Source of the DNA: Tubiluchus corallicola
Taxonomy: Eukaryota; Animalia; Priapulida
Length of the DNA stretch: 64,000 nucleotides
Direction of reading: 5' to 3'
NCBI GenBank assembly: GCA_030141605.1
Contig: JAQGDQ010000327.1
Span: 1-64,000, forward strand
Of this stretch, positions 25,691 through 38,935 are shown piece after piece (position 1 is the stretch's first letter; every line of letters starts with the position of its first letter). A model generated the notes under the pieces. It saw only the letters and a program-made list of their open reading frames with translations. It was not told the DNA's origin and made no database searches. The position numbers and the translations under genes are program-made.

Positions 25691-27500
25691 GTCTTTATTG
25701 CAAACTCTAGGTTCATATATACAAAAATACATTCAGAACAAAAGTTACATACAACAGTTATAAATATTTACAATTATAACTATAGAAATCACATCGGATT
25801 TATATAGAACGTGATCAAGCCATGTGCCGGTGTTATGTTTACAAAGCTAAATGAAGATGACGGTAGTCTGTTAACATCTGACAAGATGCAATTACATGCC
25901 AAACAAAGTTCACTCAATTCTTTAAAAAGCTGTTTGGATGGGTGGGCATTAAAATCGCCAACGCAGCAAACATAACTAGAAATAGTATCATCAACGAGAG
26001 AAATTAAACTACCGAAGCACAGTCTATAATCATCAATATTCTGATCAGATTCATAAGGGAACTAACAGTTTACAAACATAATAGGCATCAGTTTACTGGG
26101 TAGCAATTGACGAAAAATGATGAGTAGGTGTCGTACTTAGTCTCTAATTGTTCTACTCTAACATCAATATCTGCAACTCACTGTTAACTAAATATTCAAT
26201 GTCACCTATGGTAGTGTGAGGATGAAATCTAGTGATTTCATTGTTTCCAGTTGCCGTTCCCGTAATGACCCTACTAGGCACTTTAGCATTCGTTGGTTGC
26301 TTCCGATGTTGCCGCTTTCTGGTTACTTCCGTAAAGGAGCTGTCGTCATTAGTGCTACCCACGACAGTAAGCTGTCTATTGGACGCTTGATCTAATGTAT
26401 TATAGCTCAGGTTATGGGGTTGCTGTCTAATAATTGTATTATGAGTCCCAACAGCATTTTCTCTAACTACATCTGAATAGCTTTCTGGGTGTTGTTGCCG
26501 TACTTTTGTAACTCATTAAATTCAGATTTTGAAACAGTGCTTGCTTTCAAATCAACTACGTCTTGCTGCACTGTTTGGAGCAGTTTCAATATAACAGTTA
26601 TGTCAACTGACTTTAATGATGCTGCAACAAATTTAGGTACAGGTAAATTATTCATGATAGGCCCGTACTGCAAAAGCTTAAGTATGTTCATAACTATTGC
26701 TTTTCTTTTGGCCGTCCCAATTCTGTTTTTTACGAATTCAGGCCTGGTTTCAATGTCGTTTGGAATGAGGCTGACAAGTAAGGCTTTAGCTTCCTCACAC
26801 TGTTCATCATTATAGAAATCGTGGATGACTGTTGCTAAATGATCTGCTGGGACACCCGAATCAAGTTGATTTTGTACAAAATAGTTTAATTCCTTGTGAA
26901 TAAGCTTAAAGTCACTATCATCAATTTCATCTGACCAAACAGGTTTATGCAGCATGGGACTAGTGTTTAGGGACTGCAGAGACAATTGCGAAGAAGCCGA
27001 ATCCATGTGCGTCTCATCACCGTCCGAGGCATTCACACGAGACACGCATTTTTTGCATATCACCAAGTTGCCAAATTCTAATCGTGAACACGCATCAGGG
27101 TACTTACGTCTGCAAAGTGCGCAATTTCGTTGCACCATTGTATCAACTAGAGATTACAATCGACGCCATTCACCTTACCAGTTTACCTGATCTGCGATGA
27201 ACTGTGTGGTAAATGAGTCCTTTTGATAAGGCTTGTGTTCTTTTGTGAACACGACACGTCTACTGATCACCAGACTGGTAACACTGCCTGTAGTGACAGT
27301 TTGAACTAGCGAAAAATATTAAACTTTGCCGTTTTTCACTAATTTTAGACAGTTTATAGTTCCACAAAATTTGTTTTTGTGGTAATCATTTTTGCTATAC
27401 ACTTATAGACATACTGATATATATTACAACTGTGAAATCTGACATTTAAATTCACAATCGCCCAAAAAAGTTGCAGCGACACAAGAACTCAAGTCAGTGC
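25690..27500 (-). mobile_element. LINE remnant (CR1/Jockey-group ORF1 and endonuclease fragment)
   Basis: ORF 27138-26467 (CxxC..CxxC; ELNYFVQN..DFYNDEQCEEAKALL..PKFVA..VVDLK) is a recognisable LINE ORF1 type. It continues in ORF 26362-26153 (FTEVTRKR..ITRFHPHTT) and an endonuclease relic, VCCVGDFNAHP (~25970-25940). Confidence 0.7.
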
Positions 27501-27559
27501 ACACAGTACACAGAGAGCTCTCTGTGCCCTTTGAAGTATTACTCTCTTGTATTTGTTTC

Positions 27560-29480
27560 TTCTTGAAATAGGCTATTCGGGGCTGCTTCAAAGTCAAAGG
27601 CAACCGAGCGGAAGTGCTCTATGAAAATTCCACTAACTTCTGTTTTTTCTGTGACATTTTTGTCAAACTCGTAGAATGTTATTTTCGAGTTTTTGTAAAA
27701 ATTTTTAGACAAGAAGGGTTTTATAGTTGGTCAGAAAGCAGCACTTGAATTTATCCCACATTTTTCTGCAAAATAAGTTCTAGTAGGTCGCCCTCTTTGA
27801 GGGGGTGCAGTAGTTTCTTGGTTTCTTCAATTTTCTTGAGTTCTGTGCATAAAGTACTTATTTATAAGCATATTCTTTTTCAGAATGGCATTTTTCCATC
27901 GACTATTCATAGCTGGATGTACTAAGCCGGGGGATAGACGTTTAATTTTAGTTGGGGCATGCTAGCCTATTATGTCTTTTATAAGATTTTATAAGCCCTG
28001 CATTGGGCGTCTACGTCATCAAAAACGAAAAGAGCAATAGATAATGGGCATTGATCTACGTCTCTACAACACATGTCTTCAGAAATGTGTTTGTAACTTC
28101 TGTAGTGAATAGTTCTAGGTTTAGATATGGGATTTGAAGACCTAAAAGCCGTATAGATCAAACAGTGAAAATCACTAACGCCCAAATAACTATCAGACAC
28201 ATTGGAGAAGAAAAACTTTGCAGGTATATTAGTTAAAATGACATCTATAAGAGACCCGTTGACAGACCTGAAACATGTTTTACTCTTCACTAGTTTTTTT
28301 AAACCAAAAACGTCACATAACTGTTGCAGTGGTTTACCCGTAGTTTCTGGGCGGTATAAATTATAGTTTTAAGTCGCCTATGACAATTACGTTTTCAAAT
28401 CAAGTATAACATTTTTGACATTTCTTCACTGAATTTCACATTGTTGACCCATGGCGGTCTGTATGCACCCATAACGGTCCATTTTTTACTAATTAAGTTT
28501 ACTTGCAGAACAATAGTTTTAACAAATTTAGTTTCTAAGTGCTGTAAGCATGTGGAAGAAATATCGTCTTTAACGTACACAACAATACCACCACCAAGTA
28601 AATTACGATCTCTACGAATGATTTTGTAGTTTCCAATAATTAACGTATGATCATTAATACTATCGCCCAGTTTTGTTTCAGACACCACAAAAAATGTCAA
28701 TGGCGTTTTTAACAAAAAACTCAGATAACTCTGGTAATTTGTTCCTTAAACTGTTGATATTTAAGTGCCCCAAAATTAAGTAAGTTTTTTTTTTGTGTGT
28801 GATTTTCTGCATTGAAGTAGTTCTTTGTGCAATTGTAATTCATTAAAATATTGGTTATAGAAATGCACTAATGAGGAATATAAGCGAGCCACTGTAGCTA
28901 TGCCATACGGAGATTCCACATTAGGCATACTATGGTAACTCTCTGATATAGAATTATCTCTGGGATTATTATAGCTGCACAATAGAGATTCAAGATGGTA
29001 CATAAACGGTGAACCTAAGTCAGACATACTTGAGTCCGAGTTATCAGTGTGAAGTTGTTTAAGGAAAGTTTGTTGGCCTACAGGAGAGTTTTGGTTCATT
29101 AAACCAACAGATGCGTTGTTTGTATATATTTGTTTAACTCGAATTGATAGAGTATTTAAATCGTAACTGTCACATGAGTTACTGATCAACGACGAGTTGG
29201 CCAGAGGAAATGTTCTGAAAAGACATAGTAGACATGTCCAGGTTTCAGTGCTGTAGTAAATTCTTGCGTATTCTGTATGGCTCATACCTACGCATTTCGC
29301 GTGAACCCACTCAATACACACACTGCAAAGCAATGCATATTGGTTGTTTAAGACTCGCACGTGGCATTCATTACAGGGGTAGACTGGAGCGGCTTTTTTG
29401 TATCTCATAATGATAGAGGTTTAGTTAATCTGATCTCCCTGTAAATTTGTGCCTTTGTTGGCGTAAAGTACTCGCAAAAC
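27560..29480 (-). mobile_element. CR1-group LINE with PHD finger and AP endonuclease, 3'-truncated
   Basis: PHD finger YPCNEC..LLCSVCIEWVHAKC..WTCLLC (29408-28776), NINSLRNK (~28762-28739), VSETKL, RRDRNLLGGGIVVYV, GAYRPP, SLIDVILTN, SDFHCLI and YRSYK. Frameshifted; RT not seen. Confidence 0.88.
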
Positions 29481-30439
29481 AACACGCTGACAAGCAACGT
29501 CATTGATACGAGTAAAGACATTAGCATACGCTGATTGTTACCTGTCTGGCAGCGCCCAAGTCCTCACCAATGAGAGCTCGATTCCCTGATACGGTCTACG
29601 AGTTTAGAATTAATTAGGCACAACAATCTTCATGTTTTTAATAAATATTATCTTCACAAAGTACTATCAAGTCATATAATCATCACAGATTGATAGACCA
29701 AATCACACGAAATCACGGGTACCTGGAGTAGGTTTCGCAAAAATCGCTTTTAACAATTATATTACTTTATAACAAGTTATAATACTTTATATTGCTTATA
29801 TCGTACTCGCGTTAAAAGGATTTTTTGTTTGTTTTCATTTTAAATTCCCACGATGCTGTTGCGACCGCCCCATGGCGTCACCTACGCAGTACGTCAATCA
29901 GGGAAGAAAAGGAGATGTTAAACTATGTCCCAGAAAACTTTCCATGGCGTCGTGAAGTCAATATACCCTCCTCCCGACTTCATTCGTTTTTTGCTCCATA
30001 CAGATATTTTTCCCATGAGCAAATAAGCCACTAAGCATAAGATCTCGACCAACCAATCACGTACCAAAAATTAAAAAGAATGCCGCCCACTCCGTGACCT
30101 TTGACCCGGTGGTTACGGTTCACACGTAAACATAAGTCCCTCTTGCCTGGAGAGTGTGCCCTGTGAGTTTTGTGATTTTAGCCCTGTAAGTGTACGAGTT
30201 ATTAACGAAACAAAAAGATACAAACAAATAAATAAAAACCGGGAGTAAATTAAAGATTCTGTAGACTAAAGACCTTAATAAACTAATTAAGCGGTAAAAA
30301 AACGTTTACGCTGGTACGAAAATTGCTTTTTGCTTGCTAGGAACGAACCCCTTGTAAGTTCATGAAATTGCTGTACAACGACAAAAATGTTCAGTACATC
30401 TCGGACATCTTGTTTTATATAATGTTGCCCTGGCTTAGT

Positions 30440-31450
30440 TGTTGTGATTTTATTTTGGAATCAATAATTATTCGCTAAAAGAACAATCAGAATTGAACCA
30501 ATGAATAAATGAAATCAAAAAGAGATTATTCATTACATTTGGTAGAGAACTCATTCAGCTTCTCCCTTGCATTTAATATGCTTATGAAAGCGTCTCTAAC
30601 AACTCCAGTCATCGAAGAGCTCAGGAGTCGAGATGCTCAGATGGCTGATGTAACGAAGCGCTCAGAAGTCGGGATGCTGAAATAGCCAGCCATTAGATGT
30701 TGCATGTGACATGACCGAGAGGTTTCATAAGGGGGGTACGACAGAGAGACGGGACTTTTTGGTCGATATCAAGCAGGTGACAATGTGTGGACTTCTCTCT
30801 GTCGTACAACTTTCTATTGCTATCAGCGTAGATGACTTCTGCGTAGTTGGATCGAGCCCAACCTTTGAGGCACAGATAACAACTCATATTAGGAACCAGA
30901 CTGGGTCGATTGTTGTAGCTTGTAGATTGGCCAGTCCCAGAGTCAAGTGATTTTAGTTGGTATATTTTCTTGGGAATGCAAATATAATTGTATTCAATTA
31001 TTGGTATACAAAATTGATTGTAATCGTTACAAAACCAGTACAGCAAATCATTAACGCGATTCTCTGTTAATCGATTATTATATCATATTGCGAACGGAGT
31101 TGAATTGCAATTGTTACTGACGCTTGTATTTTACAAATCTGTTAAATTAATCATTCTATTTACAACTGTTAATGAAAGTGTCTGTGTTAATTTATAATTG
31201 AGAATCACTTAAAGAATATTGTAATTCTGTATGTACACTATCTGTTACGCCAATCGGGCACGGAACATTCTCACACTGAGACAGCTTATTGCGGAGCCTA
31301 GCTAGAAAACTAGAGAGATAAAAGATCTACTTCACAGCGCGTATTTCGTCGTTTGAGATCGTTCTGGGATTTATCATTGCCATTTCGACCCAGCCTAAGC
31401 TCTCGTAATCGGGGATTAATTAATTGCCTAACTAGCAACCAGTATTACCA
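30440..31450 (+). mobile_element. Solo-LTR-like segment
   Basis: TGTTGTGA...TATTACCA, about 1.0 kb; flanks TAGT/TTGT may be a 4-bp TSD with one mismatch. Shares terminal motifs with 10430-11630 and has no credible ORF. Confidence 0.5.
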
Positions 31451-34084
31451 TTGTATAATTTTTGATATAATGTTGCCCTGGAATAGTTAAATTACTCATT
31501 GCTATTAATCTGCAGAGTTAATCATTTTTCAAATAAGCCGCATACAAAAAATAATGAAAATCCTTCTAACTGAATTACAATTAATTTAATTACTTAGCAA
31601 TTACCCTAAGAATAGTTTAGCGTAGCTTTTAAATACTGTAAAGTAATTGATTACTTCATCTTAACTTCATTCATGTTTACAAGTAACTGGTAGAAAATGC
31701 ACCAGTTTACATATATTCTCAAAATCCCTCCCATGCCTTAGTCGAGCTACTTCAGAAAAATAATATAGTAGTTACATACAACCATGAAAACGCATTATCG
31801 ATCATTAATTGTTTAACCCCCCCCCCCCCCCTTTATGTTGGTTCTCTTATGTTGGTCAAAATGTACGTGATATTCATGATAAATTAACAATAAAATATGA
31901 TCGTTTAGCCTAAATTCATGACCTTTATTGTTGTATGCTGTAATTGCTGTTTACCGCTACTTTGTGACACACAAATCTACTGCAAACGTTTTATGCTTGT
32001 CACGAAAATTGAATTTACTACGTTTTGACAATGGAACCAAAAATTTAAGTTAGAAGTACATGATTCACCCGCGGCACGTGAAAGAAATATATTCACTGAC
32101 TCAAGCCTACTAGTGCTTTACATGAAATAGTGTGAAGATCACAATTAAGCACTCTTCTTGATCATTGATTTATTAAATTATGACTGTTTTTACAAAGTAA
32201 TTTTCTCAGAGAGCAAAGAAATTACATAATGGTACATATTAAGGTTGCCATTGAAATGACACCTGCAACAGTTCTAGTCCCATTGGAGGCTTTTAAGTCT
32301 AAGTTTAAGTTTATTTTATTTTTGTATAGCGTAAAATCCATATAAACATGTTCTTGAACGCTGTACAAAAATACATAAAACTAATACTAAAATGACGGTT
32401 TAAAACAGACGAATAATACAAAATTTCACAAAAAAAATTAAATTAAAATAAAAATATAAAAAAATCTTTTCTATTATAAAATGATTTACCAAGCCGCTAC
32501 GAAAAAAGAGATCACTCTTTTGAGTGGATACAGAATTGAAATTACTAACTTTTACAATTGTGTCAAGGTTTTCATTAATATGCCATTAAGACCGTTTCAA
32601 ATTCATCTCGAATGTCAGACTGTCGTTTCACGTTAATATTACAGTCATTTGAGGATCCAAATAAAATCACTATCCACACCTGTGTTGCAACTGGATCGCA
32701 TTTGCAAATGCTCACATTATGACTGTTCTCGGTTTCATAATTACAAGTTTTTCTGTTTAAATATCAAGATTGTAACTATACATGTTTCTAAATTCACTCC
32801 AGCTCCATCTCACCCCAGCTTTGCAATTTCGACACAAATTCAAAGTTCTACTATTATTTTGACATTTTTACAAGCACAGTTATTATGATTATTGCTGCAC
32901 AGATTGAGTTACACTTAAATGTCGTGTTGAAGTGTTCTTAAAATTACGTAATTTATACACAACTTTACCAGTTTTTTCTTTCTTCTCCAACACTTTTACT
33001 TTTCATTGCTTTTATTTTGGTATATTACTCTAATTATATTACCCTAATTGACTATTGATAACTATTATACATAAATAAGCACTATAAACGGAAATATAGA
33101 TTTTCGCAATTAAATTAGTAAGTCCGGCTTTAGTCATGCACACTTTGTTGTACTAAAAACATGACCAAAATTTGCACTGATTATATCGTTATGTTGTAGA
33201 CAATAGGCCAAAAAGTAGTACCTTCCCCTCTTTTCTGGAGGGATTTTCAAAGCGATATTTTTGTATGCTGTCAGTCTATCAATATACTCTTTCAGAATCT
33301 GACATTTTGAAAAATGTGTGGACGTTTGCATTCTAAAAAACAACTTATGCTGTTTTTCCTTAAACCTATATACTGTAGTACTATGGTGTGTTCAGTAAGT
33401 AAATATAGCTTTTTCGGGTCAAGGAATCTATTTCTTATAGTTATCAAGCGATATTATCCATATGCCATAGCTACTAGATTAACAAGCTACCATGGCAGCC
33501 ATTCTGAGTGTATGACCGAAAGTGGAAAAACAATTTTTGTAAATATTTCTATACATTATGTGCAATGCATGGGGTCAATGGATCTACTCGTTAAAGGTTT
33601 GAAGGAGTATAATCAAAAAACAGTAGAGGTGTTACACTAACTTAGTAGCCATATTTGGTGCATGCGTAGGCAACTGCAAAACAAAGATTAATTTTTGCAT
33701 GGTATGCGATCTAGTTGTACGTTTAAAGTGCCAAAATATTCCATAATCAATTCATTCATTCGTGATTTTTGTGCTCATCTCTTCTGGATGCAGAGTGGTC
33801 GCGCATTATTATTATTGCTTTAAGGAGCAGAAAGTAAAGACTACTCTAGACTGTTCGATAGTGGATAGATTTATTAGCGCTTTTCATTTCACGCAGTTTC
33901 AACATTGTGCACGATGTTTTGTTGTTTCTGTTGTTTTGTGGCATAGACCAAGTGTGGGTGGCGTGTAGGTGTAGTGTATTTTAATACCGTTATGTCATAA
34001 TTGTGAACTATAGCAGAAAATTTGTTGAAAGAAACCAACGAAAAGGCAGCATCCAAAACATAGCATGTTACTAAAGTTTATACA

Positions 34085-35060
34085 TTTTACAAAAATGTTC
34101 GAGCAAAACGTACGTACGTGTGCAGTTGCAGCCCGGCTTTTAGAGCAACTAATTTTGAAAAAACGGCTGTAGTTGCAGCTACGAAACTGAAATTTGGCAC
34201 AAGAATGCTTTGTCGATTTACTACTTCAGATCTCGAAGCCAATTTGGACAGAAAAAAGTTGGTGAGCAAGTAATCCAATGCCTCACATTCTGAACTAGTT
34301 AAGATTTTGCTATAGCAAAATCTTACTGTTTTTCATTGAGTTATTTATTTATTTTTATTCTTATTTATTCTTTGCAGCTTTAACGTTTAATAACTCGTAA
34401 GGCTTGCAAGCTAGGATCACTAAACTCTCAGGGTTGGTAGCCCTTGGCACGGGACGTACAACAGTAGGTGACCACTGACCACTAGTCAAGGAGGAAGGGC
34501 AGTGGGCGTCGGTCACTTTATCCTTTAGGTCGCATCTCCTCCTAGGGCTTTCGGTTTTTTCACAAGTACTTGGGTGGTGTGGGGGAGGTGGGCACCTGTG
34601 GTTTCACATGCCATCAAAGGTCTCGATGAGGCGGATCGAATGGCATAAGTTACAATGAGAATAGCTAACCCGCGACGCCGCTAGGGGGCAAAAACTGAAA
34701 ATGGGGGTCGGGAACTGAAGTGCACCGACTGTTGAGCAATGGTACCTTGTAACACATCAAATGAAAGGTCTCGATGAGGCGGATTGAATCGCATAGGTTA
34801 CAATGAGAACAGTTAACCGCGACCCCGCTAGGTTGCAAAATAGGGGTCGCGGAGACAAAGGCCTTCCAGTGTCAACCGAAACTAGCTTGTTGTACATCAA
34901 ACGAAAGGCCTCGATGAGGCAAACCGAATGGTGTAATTTAAGCCGAGACTGGTTGATCTTTGACCCAGTAGGGGGCAAAAACCGAAAAATCGGGGTGGTA
35001 TGAATTTTTACAATGAATTTTTACAAATTCGTTAAACCCGCGACCGATTTTCTTCTAAAA
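34085..35060 (+). mobile_element. Helentron-associated (HINE/DINE-like) non-autonomous element(s)
   Basis: CGTACGTACGTG and CTGAAATTTGGCAC block (34110-34200); perfect palindrome AAGATTTTGCTATAGCAAAATCTT (34301-34324) followed by a TTATT tract; three ~140-155-bp diverged modules with CATCAAA..AAAGG(T/C)CTCGATGAGGC (34612, 34756, 34895). Confidence 0.55.
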
Positions 35061-37916
35061 ACAGTGATCCTGCATTTTTTTCAATACAACTATACAGCAC
35101 TTATTAGACTCTTTTACTAAACAACAACAAATAAACACATAAACAATTGAAAATAAATGACCGACCAATAGAACTTATCAGTTTCTCCAGAACCCTAAAA
35201 GCGCTGATATCATCTATGATTTTTAACTGTCAACACAAATTGCCGGCAAAATAGTGAAAACTTCCAGCACGTTTTTTTTCATTTCATTGAGTTTAGTTTC
35301 ATGTCAATCACGCACACACGCACGCACGCAGAGAATTTTTGTTGTACATTCTAAGTTTACCAAAGAAAGTGAGAAATCTTTTGTTAATTGCTGTTTATTG
35401 AGTGCAGGTGATCGTTTTGGTGCATATACCAATGCTGAAAATTAAGCAGAAAATAATCAATTAATCAATGCATACAATTACCAAGGCGTAAAAACATTAC
35501 AAAATCCACATAATGAATTACTGAATTGTTTATGAGACCCGCGTCTCACTAAAACAATGGCTATTGCTGATAACAACGTGGTACTTATTTATTGCTTGCG
35601 TTTTGATGCAGAGACTTGCATCTATCGTCAGAGCACTTTCAGAAGCCAGCTGGAAACCCTATGTTTTTTGGTTGATATGCTGCATTAAAGCAAAACCGGA
35701 CCCACTCTTAAACTGTAGGTCAAAACAATCTACTTTAAAATATTGAAAACAAACATACTGTTTTTTTTTTAAAATTGATTTATGTCAAAAAATTATTACC
35801 ACACAAACACAATTTCGCGTTCACGCCACTAATTCTTCGCTGTTACATGCATTTCGCTGTTCTCTAGTTAGACGGGCACTAGCGCCTACATTTCGGAAAC
35901 GCGTTGCACAGAAAAGAGGTGTTGTCTCTCTCAGTTCAGATGTGTTAGTTTGTGACGAACTACGCAGGTTCGACAGCTTATGCGTGAGCACAGCGTTAAA
36001 TTTGAAAGTTGAATTTTTATCTTTAAACTTGCCTGGTTTTAGTACAACACACTGAATAATTTACAGTTGCACTGTACTGTCGCTTTCGCAAACACGTACA
36101 ACACGCTCGTGGAATATTTTTGCTGTTGACAATTATGTTAGTTTGTGATGTCATCAATAGTTGGGCTAGACCGCCATTAATTAAATTTTTTATGTGTTAT
36201 TTAATTAACCGAAAACGCTTGTGCAATATAAATTGAGTTAAAATGTATACTTTTTATCGGACTTGAAAATGGGGTAGTATATGAAAAATCATTCTAGCTC
36301 GCCTGTGAAAGTCCTGATTTTGATGCAAGTCTGCATCGAAACCTAAACAATGAAGAAATGCCATGATGTTAGCAGCATTAGCCATTGTGTTGGTTACAGT
36401 GCAGAATAAAAATTGAGTTACAAATATTCAGAAACACTACAAATGTCATTTGAGCAAAGAAGTTCTGTAAAAATGTGAAAAATGTAGCCTTCTACATGAG
36501 ATTCATGCAAAAACCATAACCACAGCAAACAGCCAGTACAATAGACGCAAAATTCACATGGTGAGAGAAAAAACACTGTACTAAATGTCGAAGAAATAAA
36601 ACACAAAATGCACACAATAATTGCATTTTGCAACTAAGAGGGAGACACAATATAGGAAACCTACCACTCAAAGCGACTCAAAGACCTACAGTAATCGAGC
36701 AGGACCATTATGGAAACTTGCAACAATTTTCTGTAAAACGCAGATATAGAGAGAGTGAAAAAACTGGCATCCACCAGTTTTACTAAGCGTTTGTCTGGCC
36801 AATTACCCAATAAGTAAATGACAAAATTGAAACTGTTAACTATGATAATGCATATGATAATAACATAATGATTGTCTGGTAATCTTTCTACAGATATTTC
36901 CAAAAATAAAAGAGGAATATAAATATTTCTAAGAACAACGAATATTGCACAACAGGTTGTAACAAAACGAAGTAGCCACCTAAGCCACAACCATCGCCAG
37001 CCTAGCTTTGCCAACATGATTAACATTAACACGACCTCACTCATGGCACGCATGAACTACAAGCAAGATTTTAACTTCCTTTACCAAAGCAGATGTAGAG
37101 ATACATATAGATGCTGAGGAAATCAGATGCTAATGATGAATAAAGATAAATGAGAAAATGGTAGATGTTCCAAACACCGGTTGTAGTTTTGTGCGTGTGT
37201 GTTATTTCTTTGACATTAAATGCATTCTTTCATCATGAGAATTTTGCTTCTATTACAGTGGCTGTTTGCAGTGGTTACGATGTTTCGCCTTATGTAGAAG
37301 TTAAAATTTTTCATGTTTTATGAGATCTCTCTGCTCATGTGTTAGTTCTACTTCTGTTCTTTGGAATTTTTTGTGCCTAGGTAATTTTAATATCGCGTGT
37401 CGTAAATGTACTAATTCTTTTTTGGCTTAAATTTCAACATAGAAAATGACAATTATACCAATAATCTGCACTCAGTAAATAGTCTTTTGAGTCATAGGAG
37501 CTGGCCCTTCTATGTATTATGTCCATTGATTTTGGTCGTCATTGTCTAATAAATATTGGGCGTATTTGTTATAATTATCCAACTTCTGTTGCGAAGCTTT
37601 TGTGAAACCAGCATGGCAAGTATATGGTGGTCATTAAAACAAACAATAAACAACGTAAAACAAAAATATCCATTTAGTAATAAAAATCGCGCATTTCATA
37701 GACCAGTGAGTTAGCAAAATCATAGAAGCTACAAACTTTCGCAGCATTTTGGACTAATAATTATAGTCTTACATTAAATTTTGTTGTCGCTTTAAAATGA
37801 TTTCTCAAATGAACCTAGCCATTGTAAGCTAAAGACTAGTATATTCATATAATAATTTTTTGTTAATAATAACAGAAAAATTATAACACCGCTACTATAT
37901 TTTAAAAATTACTTAC

Positions 37917-37924
37917 CTTTCCAT
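37917..37924 (-). CDS. NUAK: Candidate first coding micro-exon of the NUAK gene (ATG GAA AG)
   Basis: The minus strand reads ..TAG ACA CTC GCG ATG GAA AG|GTAAGT, a consensus donor. A phase-2 join to the acceptor at 20138 (G TTA AAC ATG) gives M-E-R-L-N-M-L-I-F in frame. The junction is inferred; it implies a 17.8-kb intron. Confidence 0.55.
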
Positions 37925-37979
37925 CGCGAGTGTCTAAAGCTCATGTAAGACCCACTTTATGAGATCAACGGTAAACATT

Positions 37980-38110
37980 AGTTACACGTGTGTAAACTGT
38001 TAAGCGTTTCACCAGTAAATCAACATCTGTGTAATAAACAGGTCATCAGAAAGGACAAAACACCATCTTTCAATCTCGAAAAATTAATGTCCGCTGTGAT
38101 GACGTGATGG
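37980..38110 (-). promoter_or_regulatory. Candidate NUAK promoter/5' UTR motifs (E-box, CRE-like)
   Basis: CACGTG at 37985-37990 and TGACGT at 38100-38105 lie just upstream of the candidate first exon. These are short motifs and could occur by chance. Confidence 0.25.
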
Positions 38111-38859
38111 TTCCAGGCGAACAAGCAGGTCAAATAATAGGTAACATTTTCTAAACTAGTTGCATGCCTCAACAACTAATAAAATCAAACTTTACAATGC
38201 AATAACCTGTCACATGAACATAAAACAGCAGTAATAGGCTTAGAAAATTCCTTCACTTTGTAAAAAGGCAACGAGATAAATAAAACAGAAATGTCAGCAT
38301 ATTAAACATAGACTTTACTGCAAGAGTTTGCTAATAAAACCGAAACCTACTGCAGTGAAACAAAGCAACACAAACACAACTTGAAATTTTCTCTTTTTTG
38401 CGATTTAAAAACAAACAAAAAAATAAACAATTGTGTTATTTGCTTGATATTCTGGCTAACATACATAGCATGTAAATAACATAACATAGGTATTTTCCCA
38501 TTATGACACTGCCTGAATTACTAAAAAAAAGTTCACATTTACAGAACCACCAATTTTAAGATTTTTTAAGATTTAAATTTTATTTTCAAGTCAGGAGCTT
38601 ATAATTATTTACAAAGTTTTAGGACTGAATCATTTTAAAATAAACGATGATATGATGCGACGCTGTGATTTTTAAACGTGGAAAAAAGGTTCTGCTTATA
38701 AATTTTGCCAAAAGATACTAGTAATGAATTTTTGAGAATGCGAAACTTTGGCTTAATCGATAAATCGCTTATCGAGTTTTTTCTGCACAACTGTCTAGAT
38801 AATTAATTACATCATTCAGAACGTCATTTATTGTTATTATATAATCCATTCTCGCCGTC

Positions 38860-38935
38860 AGGGCAGCTGTAACAGTGTTGAACCAGAGCTATTGGTAGGC
38901 GAGAGGCCTCGGTTCGAATACCACATCCTGAAATT
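38860..38935 (+). mobile_element. tRNA-derived SINE-like head (degenerate)
   Basis: B-box-like GGTTCGAATACC at 38911-38922, about 40 nt after a weak A-box. No cloverleaf is evident. Confidence 0.35.

Noticed and set aside
28776-29408. Host PHD-finger gene
   Set aside because: It runs directly into frameshifted LINE endonuclease motifs, and PHD fingers are a known part of CR1-group elements.
36661-37053. Hydrophobic 130-aa ORF as a membrane protein
   Set aside because: The T-rich strand composition explains the hydrophobicity; it has no motif and lies in the spacer of an inverted repeat.
38860-38935. tRNA gene
   Set aside because: Only a B-box-like motif is present; no acceptor stem or anticodon arm could be formed. 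Kept as a low-confidence SINE head.
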